Source: an uncultured Bacteroidales bacterium
Lineage (GTDB): Bacteria; Bacteroidota; Bacteroidia; Bacteroidales; P3
Length of the DNA: 36,364 nucleotides
Assembly: GCA_947177845.1 (NCBI GenBank)
Contig: CAMWVZ010000001.1
Location: 1 to 36,364 of the forward strand
Direction of reading: 5' to 3'
A program made the position numbers and the translations under genes. Below are positions 1-9,583 of the stretch, piece after piece. Within the stretch, counting starts at the first letter, position 1, and each line of letters begins with the position of its first letter. The notes under the pieces are model-generated. The model was not told where the DNA came from. It saw only the letters and a program-made list of their open reading frames with translations, and ran no database searches.

Positions 1-40
1 TGCCCTCCACCAATGCTTTTTTAAATTCTTCGGTTGTCAT
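1..40 (-). CDS. 5' end (13 codons, MTTEEFKKALVEG...) of an unidentified gene that runs off the left edge
   Basis: ATG at 40-38 overlaps the TGA stop (39-37) of the upstream MlaD-like gene in an ATGA arrangement. The frame stays open to position 1. It is too short to identify. Confidence 0.25.
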   Translation of the reverse strand, partial: MTTEEFKKALVEG

Positions 41-993
41 ATCGGATTATTTTTTTTCTTTTCTTTGTTTTTCTTATTATTACCAAAAACCGAGATGTGG
101 ATGTAACGGTCGGGGTGCTCGCGGAAATCCTGCAAAAGCAATTCAAGCTGACGCGAGGAATTCTCAAGATTCTGATAAAGAGTGTCGTTGTGCAACAACT
201 GTCCTAAATTGCCTTCACCCGCCTCCACCTTGTTCATCATGTGCTGCAAGGAGAAAAGCGTTTGTTGCAGCGACGCGATAGTGGCGCCGAGCTCGGCATT
301 CGCCAAGGTGTCGCTTACCTTTTCCATATTGCCGGCCACCTTGTTCAGATTATCGACAATGCCCTTCACCTTGCCTTTGTTGGCGGCCAATATATCGTTG
401 GCATGGTCGGTGAGTTGCGAGAGATTTTCCATGGAAGTCTTGAGCGAGGAAATCGTAAAACTCAAATCTTCCACCGCCTGATTGCCCATAATCTTGTTTA
501 TGTTGCCCATTACCGAGTCCATCGAGACGAGGATGCTCTCCAATCTATCCTTCATCGGGCTCAGGCTTGCCAATAAATCGGGTTTCTGTTGGCCTTCCAA
601 CCATTCGCCCGAAGGCAATATTTCCGTTTCATTCCCCAAATAAAGCACCACGCCCGAACCGCTCATAAGCCCCATGGATTCCACCGAAGCCACCGAACCT
701 TTGGGTATCTTGTATTTTTTCTTGACACCGATGCCCATCTTGATGCGGTAGTCGGTATCTGAAACGAAATCGAGGGTGCTCACACGCCCCACTTTCTTGC
801 CGTTCACCATAACGGGCGAAGCGATATTGACACCGCCTGTATTCTCGAAAACGGCGTAATAGGTGTTTTCGCTCGTAAGCAGGTTGCGTCCCGCCAAAAA
901 GAAACCCACCCATACAAAAAGCAGGACAATGACTATCGAGATGATGCCCACTTTCCACTCTTTCGAAATCTTGATATTGCTTGCGTTGGACAT
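37..993 (-). CDS. MlaD/MCE-family protein (membrane-anchored, lipid-transport-like)
   Basis: ATG start. It has an N-terminal TM helix (VGIISIVIVLLFVWVGFFLAG). An Mce/MlaD-type beta domain follows (YYAVFENTGGVNIASPVMVNGKKVGRVSTLDF...). The C-terminal half is long and helical, ending in a Lys-rich tail. Confidence 0.8.
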   Translation of the reverse strand: MSNASNIKISKEWKVGIISIVIVLLFVWVGFFLAGRNLLTSENTYYAVFENTGGVNIASPVMVNGKKVGRVSTLDFVSDTDYRIKMGIGVKKKYKIPKGSVASVESMGLMSGSGVVLYLGNETEILPSGEWLEGQQKPDLLASLSPMKDRLESILVSMDSVMGNINKIMGNQAVEDLSFTISSLKTSMENLSQLTDHANDILAANKGKVKGIVDNLNKVAGNMEKVSDTLANAELGATIASLQQTLFSLQHMMNKVEAGEGNLGQLLHNDTLYQNLENSSRQLELLLQDFREHPDRYIHISVFGNNKKNKEKKKNNPI

Positions 994-1003
994 GATGTTG
1001 GAT

Positions 1004-2293
1004 TTATTTTCCGGAAACTTCCTGTTTGCCTAAAGCCTCCTGCACGGGAATATTCACATCGTTTTCGAAGGCCGTCACAAAGGCGTTTTCATAGCCTGCC
1101 CGTTTGGCTTCTTCCACAAGTTTCTGCACTTGTTCGTAGGACGATGTATTTCCGTAGTAGTATTTATAAAGTTTACGCGCTGTATCGTAACTGAGGCTCA
1201 AATCGTTCAATCCTTTGAAATTATAAGCCTTCAACTCCAACTTATTGCCCGAAGCGGCAATCTGCACTTTGTAGGTGATGACAGGGGCTTGCGAAGCCTG
1301 TGGTGCCTGTGGTGCCTGTGCCTGTGCCTGTTCCTGTGCCGAAGTCGGAGTCGGCGCCGAAGCGGAAGCCGGAACCTCCTGTTTCGGCTCTTGTCGAGCC
1401 GGCTGTTCCATAGGCTTTTGCGGCGCGGCAGGTTGCGAGGTCTGTGAAAGCACCTGATGCGGAGACGGCAAAAACTCTTCTTCCGGGGTGGATTTGGCGG
1501 AACCCAAGCGGCTGTCGATACGCTGTTTATATTTCCCGAAAGCTGTCAGAAGACTTTGCGCCACAATCAACTGCCCCTTTTCCGAACTCAGGAATTTTTC
1601 TTCTTCCGGATTACTCAGAAACCCGATTTCGGTAAGCACCGACGGACGGGCCGATTTCCATAACACATAGAAAGGACCTTGCTTGATGCCTCTGTTGGGC
1701 GAGGAGGGAATGTTTCCGCCATAGGCTTTCTGCAACTCTTGCGAAAAATAGACGCTGTTTTCGAAACCCGCATCTTGCTGCACCGTGGCCGAAACCACGT
1801 CCATCCACGACTGGCTATAGTTCTGTTCGTGATTCTGTTCTTGCAAAACAACCGCATTTTCGCGTTGCACCTCCATAAGATTGGCATCGTTCTTCTGCGA
1901 ACCCCGAATCCACGTTTCCACACCCCGCGCCGAAGGGCTCTTGGCGGCATTGCAGTGAATGGAAACAAAGAGGTCGGCATGATTGTCGTTGGCTATCTGT
2001 CCCCGTTTCCACAATTCGATGAAACGGTCGTCGCTACGGGTGTAGACCACGGTTACATCGGGATATTTTTCTTTCACCAACGCCCCGAATTTCTTAGCCA
2101 CCGCCAACGCCACGTCTTTTTCGCGTGCCGTCTTGCCCACACAGCCTGCGTCCTTGCCGCCATGCCCGGGGTCAATCACCAACACATCGACTTTGTCGGA
2201 AATCTGCCCGTAGGAAAAAGACACGGAGGTGCCGCAAAACGCCACGCCCACACACAGCAACCACCGGCAAAATTGTTTCATCCTATCTGTCAT
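1004..2293 (-). CDS. N-acetylmuramoyl-L-alanine amidase (Amidase_3/AmiC type) with a C-terminal SPOR domain
   Basis: Amidase_3 motifs are present (VIDPGHGGKDAG, LFVSIHCNA, ETWI, VLTEIGFLSNPEEE). A Pro/Gln/Ala-rich linker precedes a SPOR-like end (YKVQIAASGNKLE...AGYENAFVTAF). The track start at 2329 is GTG. ATG candidates lie at 2293 and 2281, and the signal peptide MKQFCRWLLCVGVAFCG fits 2281. Confidence 0.88.
   Translation of the reverse strand: MTDRMKQFCRWLLCVGVAFCGTSVSFSYGQISDKVDVLVIDPGHGGKDAGCVGKTAREKDVALAVAKKFGALVKEKYPDVTVVYTRSDDRFIELWKRGQIANDNHADLFVSIHCNAAKSPSARGVETWIRGSQKNDANLMEVQRENAVVLQEQNHEQNYSQSWMDVVSATVQQDAGFENSVYFSQELQKAYGGNIPSSPNRGIKQGPFYVLWKSARPSVLTEIGFLSNPEEEKFLSSEKGQLIVAQSLLTAFGKYKQRIDSRLGSAKSTPEEEFLPSPHQVLSQTSQPAAPQKPMEQPARQEPKQEVPASASAPTPTSAQEQAQAQAPQAPQASQAPVITYKVQIAASGNKLELKAYNFKGLNDLSLSYDTARKLYKYYYGNTSSYEQVQKLVEEAKRAGYENAFVTAFENDVNIPVQEALGKQEVSGK
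1296..1340. repeat. Short imperfect tandem repeat (GCCTGTGGT x2, then GCCTGT x3) inside the amidase linker
   Basis: Direct reading gives gcctgtggtgcctgtggtgcctgtgcctgtgcctgttcctgtgcc. On the minus strand it encodes QEQAQAQAPQAPQASQAP. Confidence 0.7.
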
Positions 2294-2382
2294 TACGCTC
2301 TTTTTTACGAAATTTTCCGTCCGCCACACCCCTGCACACGAAACTGTACTCGTGCGCAGACGCGAAGATAGCGAATTTATCG

Positions 2383-2390
2383 TATCTTTG
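2383..2390 (+). promoter_or_regulatory. Bacteroidetes -7 promoter box (TATCTTTG), distal copy upstream of porX
   Basis: It matches the TAnnTTTG consensus. It is part of the 14-nt direct repeat TTATCGTATCTTTG (2377-2390). Confidence 0.35.
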
Positions 2391-2459
2391 AATATAAATA
2401 TTCAAGATACTCCGCCTCGGACAAAACAAGTAAACTTGATTTTGTCGCTCGGCTTATCG

Positions 2460-2467
2460 TATCTTTG
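2460..2467 (+). promoter_or_regulatory. Bacteroidetes -7 promoter box (TATCTTTG), proximal copy, 21 nt upstream of the porX ATG
   Basis: It matches TAnnTTTG. It is the second copy of the 14-nt repeat (2454-2467). Confidence 0.45.
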
Positions 2468-2488
2468 GAGAATAAAATAACATCACCT

Positions 2489-4042
2489 ATGACCGACATA
2501 CGTGTTCTTTGGATCGATGATGAAATCGATTTGCTCAAACCTCACGTTATGTTTCTGCAGGCCAAAGGCTACGAAGTCTTCACCCTCAACAACGGGGTGG
2601 ATGCCGTGGAAACCTTGCAGAAGCAACCTGCCGATATTGTGTTCTTGGACGAACAGATGCCGGGACTTTCGGGCATGGAAACGCTTTCCAAAATCAAGGA
2701 GGCCTTCCCTACCCTGCCCGTGGTAATGGTGACAAAAAGCGAAGAGGAGCGGATTATGGACGAGGCTATCGGTTCCAAAATCTCCGACTATCTGCTCAAA
2801 CCCGTCAACCCCGGCCAAATCTTGCTTTCCATTAAGAAACTCTTGGAATCCAAGCGGTTGGAAAACGAAAAATCCACTTCGGCCTATCAACAGGAATTCC
2901 GCGAAATCAGTGCAAGCCTTTCCCCTCACCTCTCGTATAAGGAGTGGGAAAACATCTATCGGAAACTGGTGTTTTGGGAAATGGAACTGAGTGCAAGCGA
3001 CGACGGAAGCATACGCGAAACCCTGCAAAGTCAACGCGATGAAGCCAATCTGCTTTTCGGGAAATTCGTGGAGCAGAACTACCGCGACTTTCTGAAAAAA
3101 GGTTCGGACAACGATTTCGAGATGTCGCATTTTCTTCTGCAAAAGAAACTTTTTCCTCTTCTCGATGCCGAAACGCCTGTCTTCTTTATCCTTATAGACA
3201 ATCTTCGCTACGACCACTGGCGGGTGCTTCAACAAAAGATGCAACCCTATCTCAAGACGTTGAGCGAAGAAACCTATATGGCTATCCTGCCTTCGGTGAC
3301 CCAATACGCACGCAACAGTCTCTTTGCGGGCCTGATGCCCTCGGAAATCGCGCGTAAATATCCGCAGTATTGGGTGGGTGAAGACTCGAATGAATATAAA
3401 AATCAGTTTGAAAAGGAATTGCTGGAGGAATACCTCAAGCGTCACGGCAAGAACATTCCTTTCAACTACTATAAAGTGTTGAACCAATCCTACGGCACCA
3501 AAATCCTCGACTACCTGCCCAAGATGCTGAAAACACCGCTCAATGTCATCATCTACAATTTTGTGGATATGTTTTCTCATGCCAGCACCGAGGTGGAACT
3601 CCTGCGCGAAATGGCCTACGACGATGCGGCCTACCGCTCGCTGGTGGGGTCTTGGTTCGAACATTCGCCGCTTTTGGACCTAATACGAAATTTGGCGGGC
3701 GAGAAAGTCACGGTGGTGATTACCACCGACCACGGCTCCATTCGTATTGCCGACCCTGTGCGCATAAAAGGCGACCGCGAAACCAGCTCCAATCTCCGCT
3801 ATAAATCGGGGCGGATTTTGGACTATAACGCAAAGGATGTGTTTGAAGTACGTAATCCCGAAGACATCTTCCTGCCCAAGACCAATCTTTCCTCTTCTTT
3901 TGTTTTTTGCAAACAAAATGATTTCTTTGTATACCCGAACAACTATAACCAATACGTGGCATACTACAAAAACACCGTCCAACATGGAGGCATTTCCATG
4001 GAGGAAATGATGGTGCCCTATGCCGTATTGCAACCCAAATAG
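2489..4042 (+). CDS. porX: T9SS response regulator PorX (CheY-like receiver fused to a PglZ/alkaline-phosphatase-superfamily domain)
   Basis: The receiver is recognisable (RVLWIDDEIDLL, phospho-acceptor context IVFLDEQMPGLSG, VVMVTK, YLLKP). PglZ-type motifs follow (FFILIDNLRYDHW, FVDMFSHAS, VITTDHGS, HGGIS). At 517 aa it fits the PorX architecture. The track start at 2465 is TTG, and the first ATG is at 2489. Confidence 0.85.
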   Translation: MTDIRVLWIDDEIDLLKPHVMFLQAKGYEVFTLNNGVDAVETLQKQPADIVFLDEQMPGLSGMETLSKIKEAFPTLPVVMVTKSEEERIMDEAIGSKISDYLLKPVNPGQILLSIKKLLESKRLENEKSTSAYQQEFREISASLSPHLSYKEWENIYRKLVFWEMELSASDDGSIRETLQSQRDEANLLFGKFVEQNYRDFLKKGSDNDFEMSHFLLQKKLFPLLDAETPVFFILIDNLRYDHWRVLQQKMQPYLKTLSEETYMAILPSVTQYARNSLFAGLMPSEIARKYPQYWVGEDSNEYKNQFEKELLEEYLKRHGKNIPFNYYKVLNQSYGTKILDYLPKMLKTPLNVIIYNFVDMFSHASTEVELLREMAYDDAAYRSLVGSWFEHSPLLDLIRNLAGEKVTVVITTDHGSIRIADPVRIKGDRETSSNLRYKSGRILDYNAKDVFEVRNPEDIFLPKTNLSSSFVFCKQNDFFVYPNNYNQYVAYYKNTVQHGGISMEEMMVPYAVLQPK

Positions 4043-4044
4043 AA

Positions 4045-4479
4045 ATGGACACAGATACTTGCAGTTTAGTTGCGCCCACCCCCGAAGACCTGCCCCCGTC
4101 TGCGCGGCTCCTTCTGGAAAAATTCCCGAAGGAGCGTGTCTTTGCCTTTTTCGCTCCTATGGGGGCGGGAAAGACCACATTCATTCAATCTCTTTGTCAA
4201 TGCTTGGGCGTGAAAGACCGGGTGGTGAGCCCCACCTTTTCGCTCGTCAACGAATACAAATCCGATTTCGGACCTATTTATCATTTTGATTTTTATCGCC
4301 TTAAAAACGCGGAAGAAGCTTTGGACATAGGCACCGACGAATATCTGGAAAGCGGCCATTATTGTTTTATGGAGTGGTCGGAGATTGCGGAAAGCATTTT
4401 TCCCGAACGTTTTGTGAGGGTTGAAATAGAACCGGATGCAAACGGAACCCGTCATATTCACGCATATTTGGTAAAATGA
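4045..4479 (+). CDS. tsaE: tRNA threonylcarbamoyladenosine (t6A) biosynthesis ATPase TsaE
   Basis: It has the P-loop PMGAGKTTF plus SPTFSLVNEY and YHFDFYRL. It starts 2 nt after the porX stop. Confidence 0.88.
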   Translation: MDTDTCSLVAPTPEDLPPSARLLLEKFPKERVFAFFAPMGAGKTTFIQSLCQCLGVKDRVVSPTFSLVNEYKSDFGPIYHFDFYRLKNAEEALDIGTDEYLESGHYCFMEWSEIAESIFPERFVRVEIEPDANGTRHIHAYLVK

Positions 4480-5570
4480 ATACGATAAAGGATTTGGACT
4501 GCACGATATATGCAGGGGAAGACAGCCTTTCGCTGCTGCAGGGCGAGGTGGCGAGGTATCTCGCCGCCGAGCCCGACGCAACCTGCGTGGTGTTGTGCGA
4601 GCAAGCCGCCTCAAAAAAAATCTTTCCCGTCTTGTTGCGTGCCTGCCCTTCGTTGCGGAGGAGCAAGCGCTATTTCCTGCCGGCTTCCGAATCCCGAAAA
4701 CACATCGAGACCTTGCTTCCGCTGTGGAAACAATGGGCGAACGACAAACTCGACCGCAAGACGCTGGTGATAAACTTAGGCGGCGGCGTGTTGTGCGATA
4801 TGGGCGGTTTTGCCGCCTCGCTTTTCAAGCGTGGCCTGCCCTTCATCAATATTCCCACCACACTGTTGGCCATGGCCGATGCATCGGCCGGCGGCAAAAC
4901 CGCCGTCGATCTCGGCGAAATCAAGAACATTCTCGGTTGCTTCAACCGCCCCCGCGCCGTTTTCGTCGACCCCGTCTTCCTGAAAACGCTTCCCGAAAGA
5001 GAAATGCTCTCGGGGATAGCCGAAATCCTGAAAATGCAGTGCATCTGCCGAACGGATTTTTCCGTGCAACGCGCCGAAAAACTCTTCACCGACCCTGAAT
5101 ATCGGAATGAAGCCCTGCTTTTCGCCATAAAGAACAAGACACGCATCACCCAACAGGATTTCAAGGAAGAAAACATCCGCAAGACGCTCAACTTCGGGCA
5201 TACTTTCGGACACGCTTTCGAAGCCTTGGCGCTGCGCAAGAAACACCCCATAACCCACGGCGAGGCGGTAGCGCACGGCATGGTGTGCGAACTGTATCTT
5301 TCCTGCCGCAAGTGCGGTTTCACCCGCGCCCGGTTCGACCAATTCGCAAACCTGATAAACACCCGCTACGGAAACTTCACCTATATGGAAAAGGACATTC
5401 CCGCCCTTTTGAACTATATGGTGAACGACAAGAAGAACAAGGGGCGGAAAATCTATCCCGTATTGCTTTCCACTTGGGGCGAATGCGTCTTCGACAAAGG
5501 CATTTCCCCTCTTGTGATAGAAAAAACGCTTTGCGATTACCTCAGCCTCAACAAACTATCATCACGCTAA
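4476..5570 (+). CDS. aroB: 3-dehydroquinate synthase
   Basis: Motifs LGGGVLCDMGGFAASLFKRGLPFINIPTTLLAMADASAGGKTAVDL, NFGHTFGHAFE and HGEAVAHGM are present. It has an ATGA overlap with tsaE. Confidence 0.9.
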   Translation: MNTIKDLDCTIYAGEDSLSLLQGEVARYLAAEPDATCVVLCEQAASKKIFPVLLRACPSLRRSKRYFLPASESRKHIETLLPLWKQWANDKLDRKTLVINLGGGVLCDMGGFAASLFKRGLPFINIPTTLLAMADASAGGKTAVDLGEIKNILGCFNRPRAVFVDPVFLKTLPEREMLSGIAEILKMQCICRTDFSVQRAEKLFTDPEYRNEALLFAIKNKTRITQQDFKEENIRKTLNFGHTFGHAFEALALRKKHPITHGEAVAHGMVCELYLSCRKCGFTRARFDQFANLINTRYGNFTYMEKDIPALLNYMVNDKKNKGRKIYPVLLSTWGECVFDKGISPLVIEKTLCDYLSLNKLSSR

Positions 5571-5581
5571 TACAAAGAAAA

Positions 5582-6865
5582 ATGGACGATATAACCCTTA
5601 GTTTCAAACACAAAATTCTGCAAGGCGAAGCGCCCTTGCCAAGCTCGAAAAGCATCAGCAACCGTTATCTGATTCTGCAATTTTTGGCGGAAGAGGATTT
5701 CGACATCGAGAACCTCTCGGATTCCGATGATACCCGCCTTATGCAGAAGCTGTTGAAAGTTATCAGAAATCACGACGAAGACGACGAGGACGAAGTGGTT
5801 CTGGACTGTCTCAACGCCGGTGCCGTGATTCGGTTCCTCACGGCCTTGCTGGCTTTCAAACCCGGCAATTGGGTGCTCACCTCCAGCAACGAGCGTATGA
5901 AGGTGCGCCCTATCGGTCCCCTTGTGGATGCTCTCCGCTCCATGGGCGTGAAAATAAACTATTTGGGAGAGGAAGGATACCCGCCCTTGCAGATTACCGG
6001 AAATCCCCAGGCCATTCAGGAAAGCGACGGACGGGTATGTGTGGACGCCGGTCAAAGCAGTCAGTTCGTGTCGGCCCTGATGCTGGCCGCGCCCTTGTTT
6101 CCGCAGGGTCTGCATATCGAAATGGGGGGCGAGACCAAGGTTTCGTTGCCCTATGTGCAGATGACCGCCCAGTTGATGCGCAACTGCGGCGTGGAGGTGA
6201 TTTTCATCGACAGCAACAATATTTTCGTGGACGGTCGTCCCCATGCGCCCGAAAAGGTCTTGATTGAATCGGACTGGAGCGCGGCCTCCTATATATATGC
6301 GTTGTTGGCGCTTTCGCAAGAGGGACGTATCGAACTTCCCCTTCTTACGGAAGAAAGCGTGCAGGGCGACCGCATCTTGGCCGATTGGTTCGAAGACCTC
6401 GGTGTGGAGACCGAATTCGCCGAAGACCGTGTGATTCTTACCAAACCTGCGAATGCCCAAATCGACAGAAGCCCCAAAGAATACGACTTCGTGCATCATC
6501 CCGATTTGGCGCAAACCATGGCCGTATGTTGCGCGGCCATGGGTATCGAAGCCCGTCTCTACGGCATCTTCGGCCTCAAATACAAGGAAACCGACCGGAT
6601 TATCGCGCTGCGCAACGAATTGGAACGTATCGGCGCCCGTGTGGAATTGCGCGAAGAAGCCGATGAAAACGAACTGCATATTCTTCCCTCTTCCCTGCAC
6701 CCCGAAAACGAACTCATCCGCACCTACGGAGACCACCGCATGGCGCTCGCCTTTTCGGCCTTGGCCATAGCCTACGACAAAGTGAACCTGCAACAACGCG
6801 ATGTGGTGAACAAGTCGTTTCCCGGATATTGGAACGTGATGAAGAAATTAGGCGCAAAATTTTAA
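5582..6865 (+). CDS. aroA: 3-phosphoshikimate 1-carboxyvinyltransferase (EPSP synthase)
   Basis: Motifs LPSSKSISNRYLIL, DAGQSSQFVSALMLAAP, YKETDRI and GDHRMALAFSALA are present. The track ORF from 5285 overlaps aroB in another frame. The in-frame ATG at 5582 follows the aroB stop by 11 nt. Confidence 0.9.
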   Translation: MDDITLSFKHKILQGEAPLPSSKSISNRYLILQFLAEEDFDIENLSDSDDTRLMQKLLKVIRNHDEDDEDEVVLDCLNAGAVIRFLTALLAFKPGNWVLTSSNERMKVRPIGPLVDALRSMGVKINYLGEEGYPPLQITGNPQAIQESDGRVCVDAGQSSQFVSALMLAAPLFPQGLHIEMGGETKVSLPYVQMTAQLMRNCGVEVIFIDSNNIFVDGRPHAPEKVLIESDWSAASYIYALLALSQEGRIELPLLTEESVQGDRILADWFEDLGVETEFAEDRVILTKPANAQIDRSPKEYDFVHHPDLAQTMAVCCAAMGIEARLYGIFGLKYKETDRIIALRNELERIGARVELREEADENELHILPSSLHPENELIRTYGDHRMALAFSALAIAYDKVNLQQRDVVNKSFPGYWNVMKKLGAKF

Positions 6866-6878
6866 AACCCTCGCAACG

Positions 6879-8468
6879 ATGATAAAGAAAACCGTGTTCC
6901 TCTGTGCGGTGACGTGCGCTTTGCTGGCCACGGCCCCTGCCTTGCAAGCCAAAGTAAAGCCCACCCGCGACACACTCACCCTTATCGGTTTCAACGATTT
7001 CCACGGCTCTTTCCAACAGACCGCCGATATTCCCGGAGCCGCCGCCTTGGTGCACACGCTGGGGCAGTGGCGGCAGACCATACCCAATATGCATGTGCTG
7101 GCCGGCGGCGACAATTACAGCGGCGGCTACTTCACGCGCATTACGGGCGGCCAACCGCTCGCCGAACTTTTCGAGGCATTGGGCGTGGAATATTCGGCTA
7201 TCGGCAACCACGAATTCGATTGGGGCGTTCCCGCGATGGTGGAACGTTTTAACTGGGGTTCCACCCGCTACCTGTGCGCGAACATCTTTCTCGACACCCT
7301 GTCGCAGACCCGCCCCGACTGGGCGGTTCCCTACGTCATCGTACACGAAACGCTCAAAAACGGCACCCCCTTGCGGCTTGCCTTTATCGGCCTGGCCACC
7401 CCCGAAACCAAAACCACGGCCATGCCCGCTATCGTCAAGGATCTGTATTTCGAAAACCCTGTGGAATGCGCCCGCCGCGTGCGCGAACAACTCACCGACA
7501 GCGCCGATGTGTATATTCTCCTGACCCATATAGGCACCTTGATGGACGGAGAGGAAGTGATATTCCGCAATACGTGGGAGGATGTAAGCGTTCTGAAAGG
7601 CATAGACGGCATTTTCAGCGGACATTCGCACAAGGCCGTCTGCGGCTTGAGAAACGGAATTCCCGTGGTGCAGGCACGCAACTACGGACGCAAGTTCTCG
7701 CAGATGCGCTTCGAAGTGTCGCGCGATGCGAAAGGCAAAGTCTCGCATCGTTTCATAGATGCCGAACTGCTCACTCCGCTTGCCGAACAAGATTCCTCCA
7801 TGCTGGCTTTGGTGGCCTCCCATCTCGAAAATCCCGAATACGGTTTCGGTGAAATTGTCTGCCACAACCCGCATCTCCTGAGCAACGACGAAGCCATCGC
7901 TCCGAGCGGATTCACCCTCTTGGGCACGTTGGTGACGCGTTCCTACGCATGGTGCTACCGCACGCTTACCCAAGACAGCGTAAGACCCGTGATAGGCGTC
8001 TGCAACTGGGGTTCTATCCGCACCACGATGCCGGAAGGAGAAATCACACGTCTGCAAGCGGGCAACATCCTGCCTTTCGGGGGCAGATTGGGCGCGTTTG
8101 AATTCAGCGGAAGCGATTTGCTCCAACTTCTGCAATACGGCATGGAATGCAAGGCGGGTTGGCTGCAATACCACGATATGGAAATCGTGGTGGCGGACGG
8201 AAAGATTCAAAAGGCTTTCTATATCGCACCCGACGGCACCCGCAGCGAGATACGCCCGGACGAAACCTATATTGTGGTGACGGAAAATTTCTTGTCCTCC
8301 GGCGGAGACGGCTACGACGCCAAACTTTTCGGCCAGCCCGATGCCACCTTCTCCTCCCTGCCCGATGCCCCCCGCAATCCCACCGACGTATTCATCAACT
8401 ACCTCCGTTATCTCAGGCACGTAGCGCCTCCTACGTTCGCCGCCCCCCGTATGATGGACGGAAATTGA
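6879..8468 (+). CDS. Exported bifunctional metallophosphatase/5'-nucleotidase (UshA-like)
   Basis: It has a signal peptide ([24 protein letters not shown]). Calcineurin-type motifs are present ([34 protein letters not shown]). A C-terminal 5'-nucleotidase substrate domain follows ([12 protein letters not shown]). Confidence 0.85.
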   Translation: MIKKTVFLCAVTCALLATAPALQAKVKPTRDTLTLIGFNDFHGSFQQTADIPGAAALVHTLGQWRQTIPNMHVLAGGDNYSGGYFTRITGGQPLAELFEALGVEYSAIGNHEFDWGVPAMVERFNWGSTRYLCANIFLDTLSQTRPDWAVPYVIVHETLKNGTPLRLAFIGLATPETKTTAMPAIVKDLYFENPVECARRVREQLTDSADVYILLTHIGTLMDGEEVIFRNTWEDVSVLKGIDGIFSGHSHKAVCGLRNGIPVVQARNYGRKFSQMRFEVSRDAKGKVSHRFIDAELLTPLAEQDSSMLALVASHLENPEYGFGEIVCHNPHLLSNDEAIAPSGFTLLGTLVTRSYAWCYRTLTQDSVRPVIGVCNWGSIRTTMPEGEITRLQAGNILPFGGRLGAFEFSGSDLLQLLQYGMECKAGWLQYHDMEIVVADGKIQKAFYIAPDGTRSEIRPDETYIVVTENFLSSGGDGYDAKLFGQPDATFSSLPDAPRNPTDVFINYLRYLRHVAPPTFAAPRMMDGN

Positions 8469-8486
8469 TGATTTTCGGTTTATTCG

Positions 8487-8494
8487 TATATTTG
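8487..8494 (+). promoter_or_regulatory. Candidate -7 promoter box (TATATTTG) for queA
   Basis: It matches TAnnTTTG and lies in the 49-nt gap, 23 nt upstream of the queA ATG. Confidence 0.35.
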
Positions 8495-8517
8495 CGCCTT
8501 TTTATTTTTGCCACGGT

Positions 8518-9573
8518 ATGAAATTATCGCAATTCAACTACAACCTTCCCTCCACGCTCATTCCCCTTGAGCCTATGCCCAACCGCGACGAATGCAAGTT
8601 GATGGTGGTGGACAGGAAGAAACAGAAGATTGAACATAAGACCTTTAAAGACATTCTGAAATATTTTTCGGAAGGCGATGTGCTCATCTTGAACAACACC
8701 CGCGTGTTCCCCGCCCGCCTCATGGGCGAAAAGGAGAAGACGGGTGCCATGATCACCGTCTTCCTGTTGCGCGAGCTCAACCGCGAGTCGCTTTTGTGGG
8801 ACGTATATGTGGACCCCGCCCGCAAAATCCGTATCGGCAACAAACTCTATTTCGGCGAAAACGACGAATTGGTGGCCGAAGTCATCGACAACACCACCTC
8901 ACGCGGCCGTACCCTCCGTTTCCTCTACGACGGCCCCTACGAGAATTTCAAAGCCTTGATTTACAAACTCGGTGTGACACCTCTGCCCGACCATATCCTG
9001 GCCAAACGCAACGTGAAACCCGAAGACGCGGAGAACTACCAGACCGTTTTTGCCCAAGAAGAAGGCGCGGTGATGGCACCCACCGCCGGTCTGCATTTCA
9101 GTAAGACCTTGCTGAAACGCATGGAAATCAAAGGCATTGAAACAGCCGCCATAACCGTGCACTGCGGTTTGGGCAACGTGCGCGAAATCGATGTGGAAGA
9201 CCTCACCAAGCACCGTGTGGATTCCGAAGAGATGTACATCACGCAAGAAGCCTGCGACATCGTGAACAAAGGCATAGACGGCAAGAAGAAAATCTGCGCC
9301 GTGGGCACTTCGGTGCTCAAGGCCGTGGAAAGCTCGGTTTCCTTTGCCGGCAAGCTCAAACCCTACGCCGGCTGGACGAACAAGTTTATCTTCCCTCCCT
9401 ACGATTTCACCATACCTAATTGCATGATAAGCAATTTCCACGCGCCTCTCTCCTCGCTCTTCATGTCCGTATGCGCCTTCGGGGGCTACGACCTGATTAT
9501 GCAGGCCTACAAGGAAGCCGTGGAGAAGAAATACCGCTTCCTTACCTTCGGCGATGCCATGCTGATTTTGTAA
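8518..9573 (+). CDS. queA: S-adenosylmethionine:tRNA ribosyltransferase-isomerase
   Basis: It has [62 protein letters not shown] and NFHAPLSSL. Confidence 0.92.
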   Translation: MKLSQFNYNLPSTLIPLEPMPNRDECKLMVVDRKKQKIEHKTFKDILKYFSEGDVLILNNTRVFPARLMGEKEKTGAMITVFLLRELNRESLLWDVYVDPARKIRIGNKLYFGENDELVAEVIDNTTSRGRTLRFLYDGPYENFKALIYKLGVTPLPDHILAKRNVKPEDAENYQTVFAQEEGAVMAPTAGLHFSKTLLKRMEIKGIETAAITVHCGLGNVREIDVEDLTKHRVDSEEMYITQEACDIVNKGIDGKKKICAVGTSVLKAVESSVSFAGKLKPYAGWTNKFIFPPYDFTIPNCMISNFHAPLSSLFMSVCAFGGYDLIMQAYKEAVEKKYRFLTFGDAMLIL

Positions 9574-9583
9574 CACCCGCAGA

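Noticed and set aside
2489-4042. The PglZ domain as a hint of a BREX/Pgl-type phage-defence system.
   Set aside because: The PglZ domain is fused to a CheY-like receiver, which is the PorX architecture. None of the BREX partners (PglX methyltransferase, BrxC ATPase, BrxL/Lon, BrxA/B) is nearby, and the neighbours are tsaE and aroB.
4613-4620. A8 homopolymer inside aroB, and a similar T8 at 50-57 in the MlaD-like 3' end, considered as possible phase-variation tracts.
   Set aside because: They encode Lys-rich stretches in intact frames of housekeeping genes. There is no evidence of frameshifting, and tracts of this length occur by chance in Lys codons.
5285-5581. N-terminal extensions offered by the ORF track: aroA from 5285, porK from 13505, recG from 18201, uvrA from 20378, kinase from 23116, beta-barrel from 32525, porX from 2465, greA from 11103, and the lipoprotein from 11216.
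   Set aside because: The extensions overlap the preceding gene or a terminator. Most begin at TTG or GTG and encode low-complexity basic sequence. An in-frame ATG just after the upstream stop gives the canonical N-terminus or signal peptide in every case.
6714-8420. Very long antisense ORFs opposite almost every real gene. Examples are 6714-8420 (568 aa), 26209-27765 (518 aa, spanning three genes), 13598-14905, 24966-26246, 21029-22294, 5567-6796, 27989-29176, 34659-35915 and 2483-3664.
   Set aside because: Each mirrors a sense-strand gene with unambiguous family motifs. Their translations are Arg/Gly/His/Val-rich with no motifs, signal peptides or sensible starts. The pattern is what results when sense codons avoid TTA/CTA/TCA, so they are compositional artefacts rather than overlapping genes.
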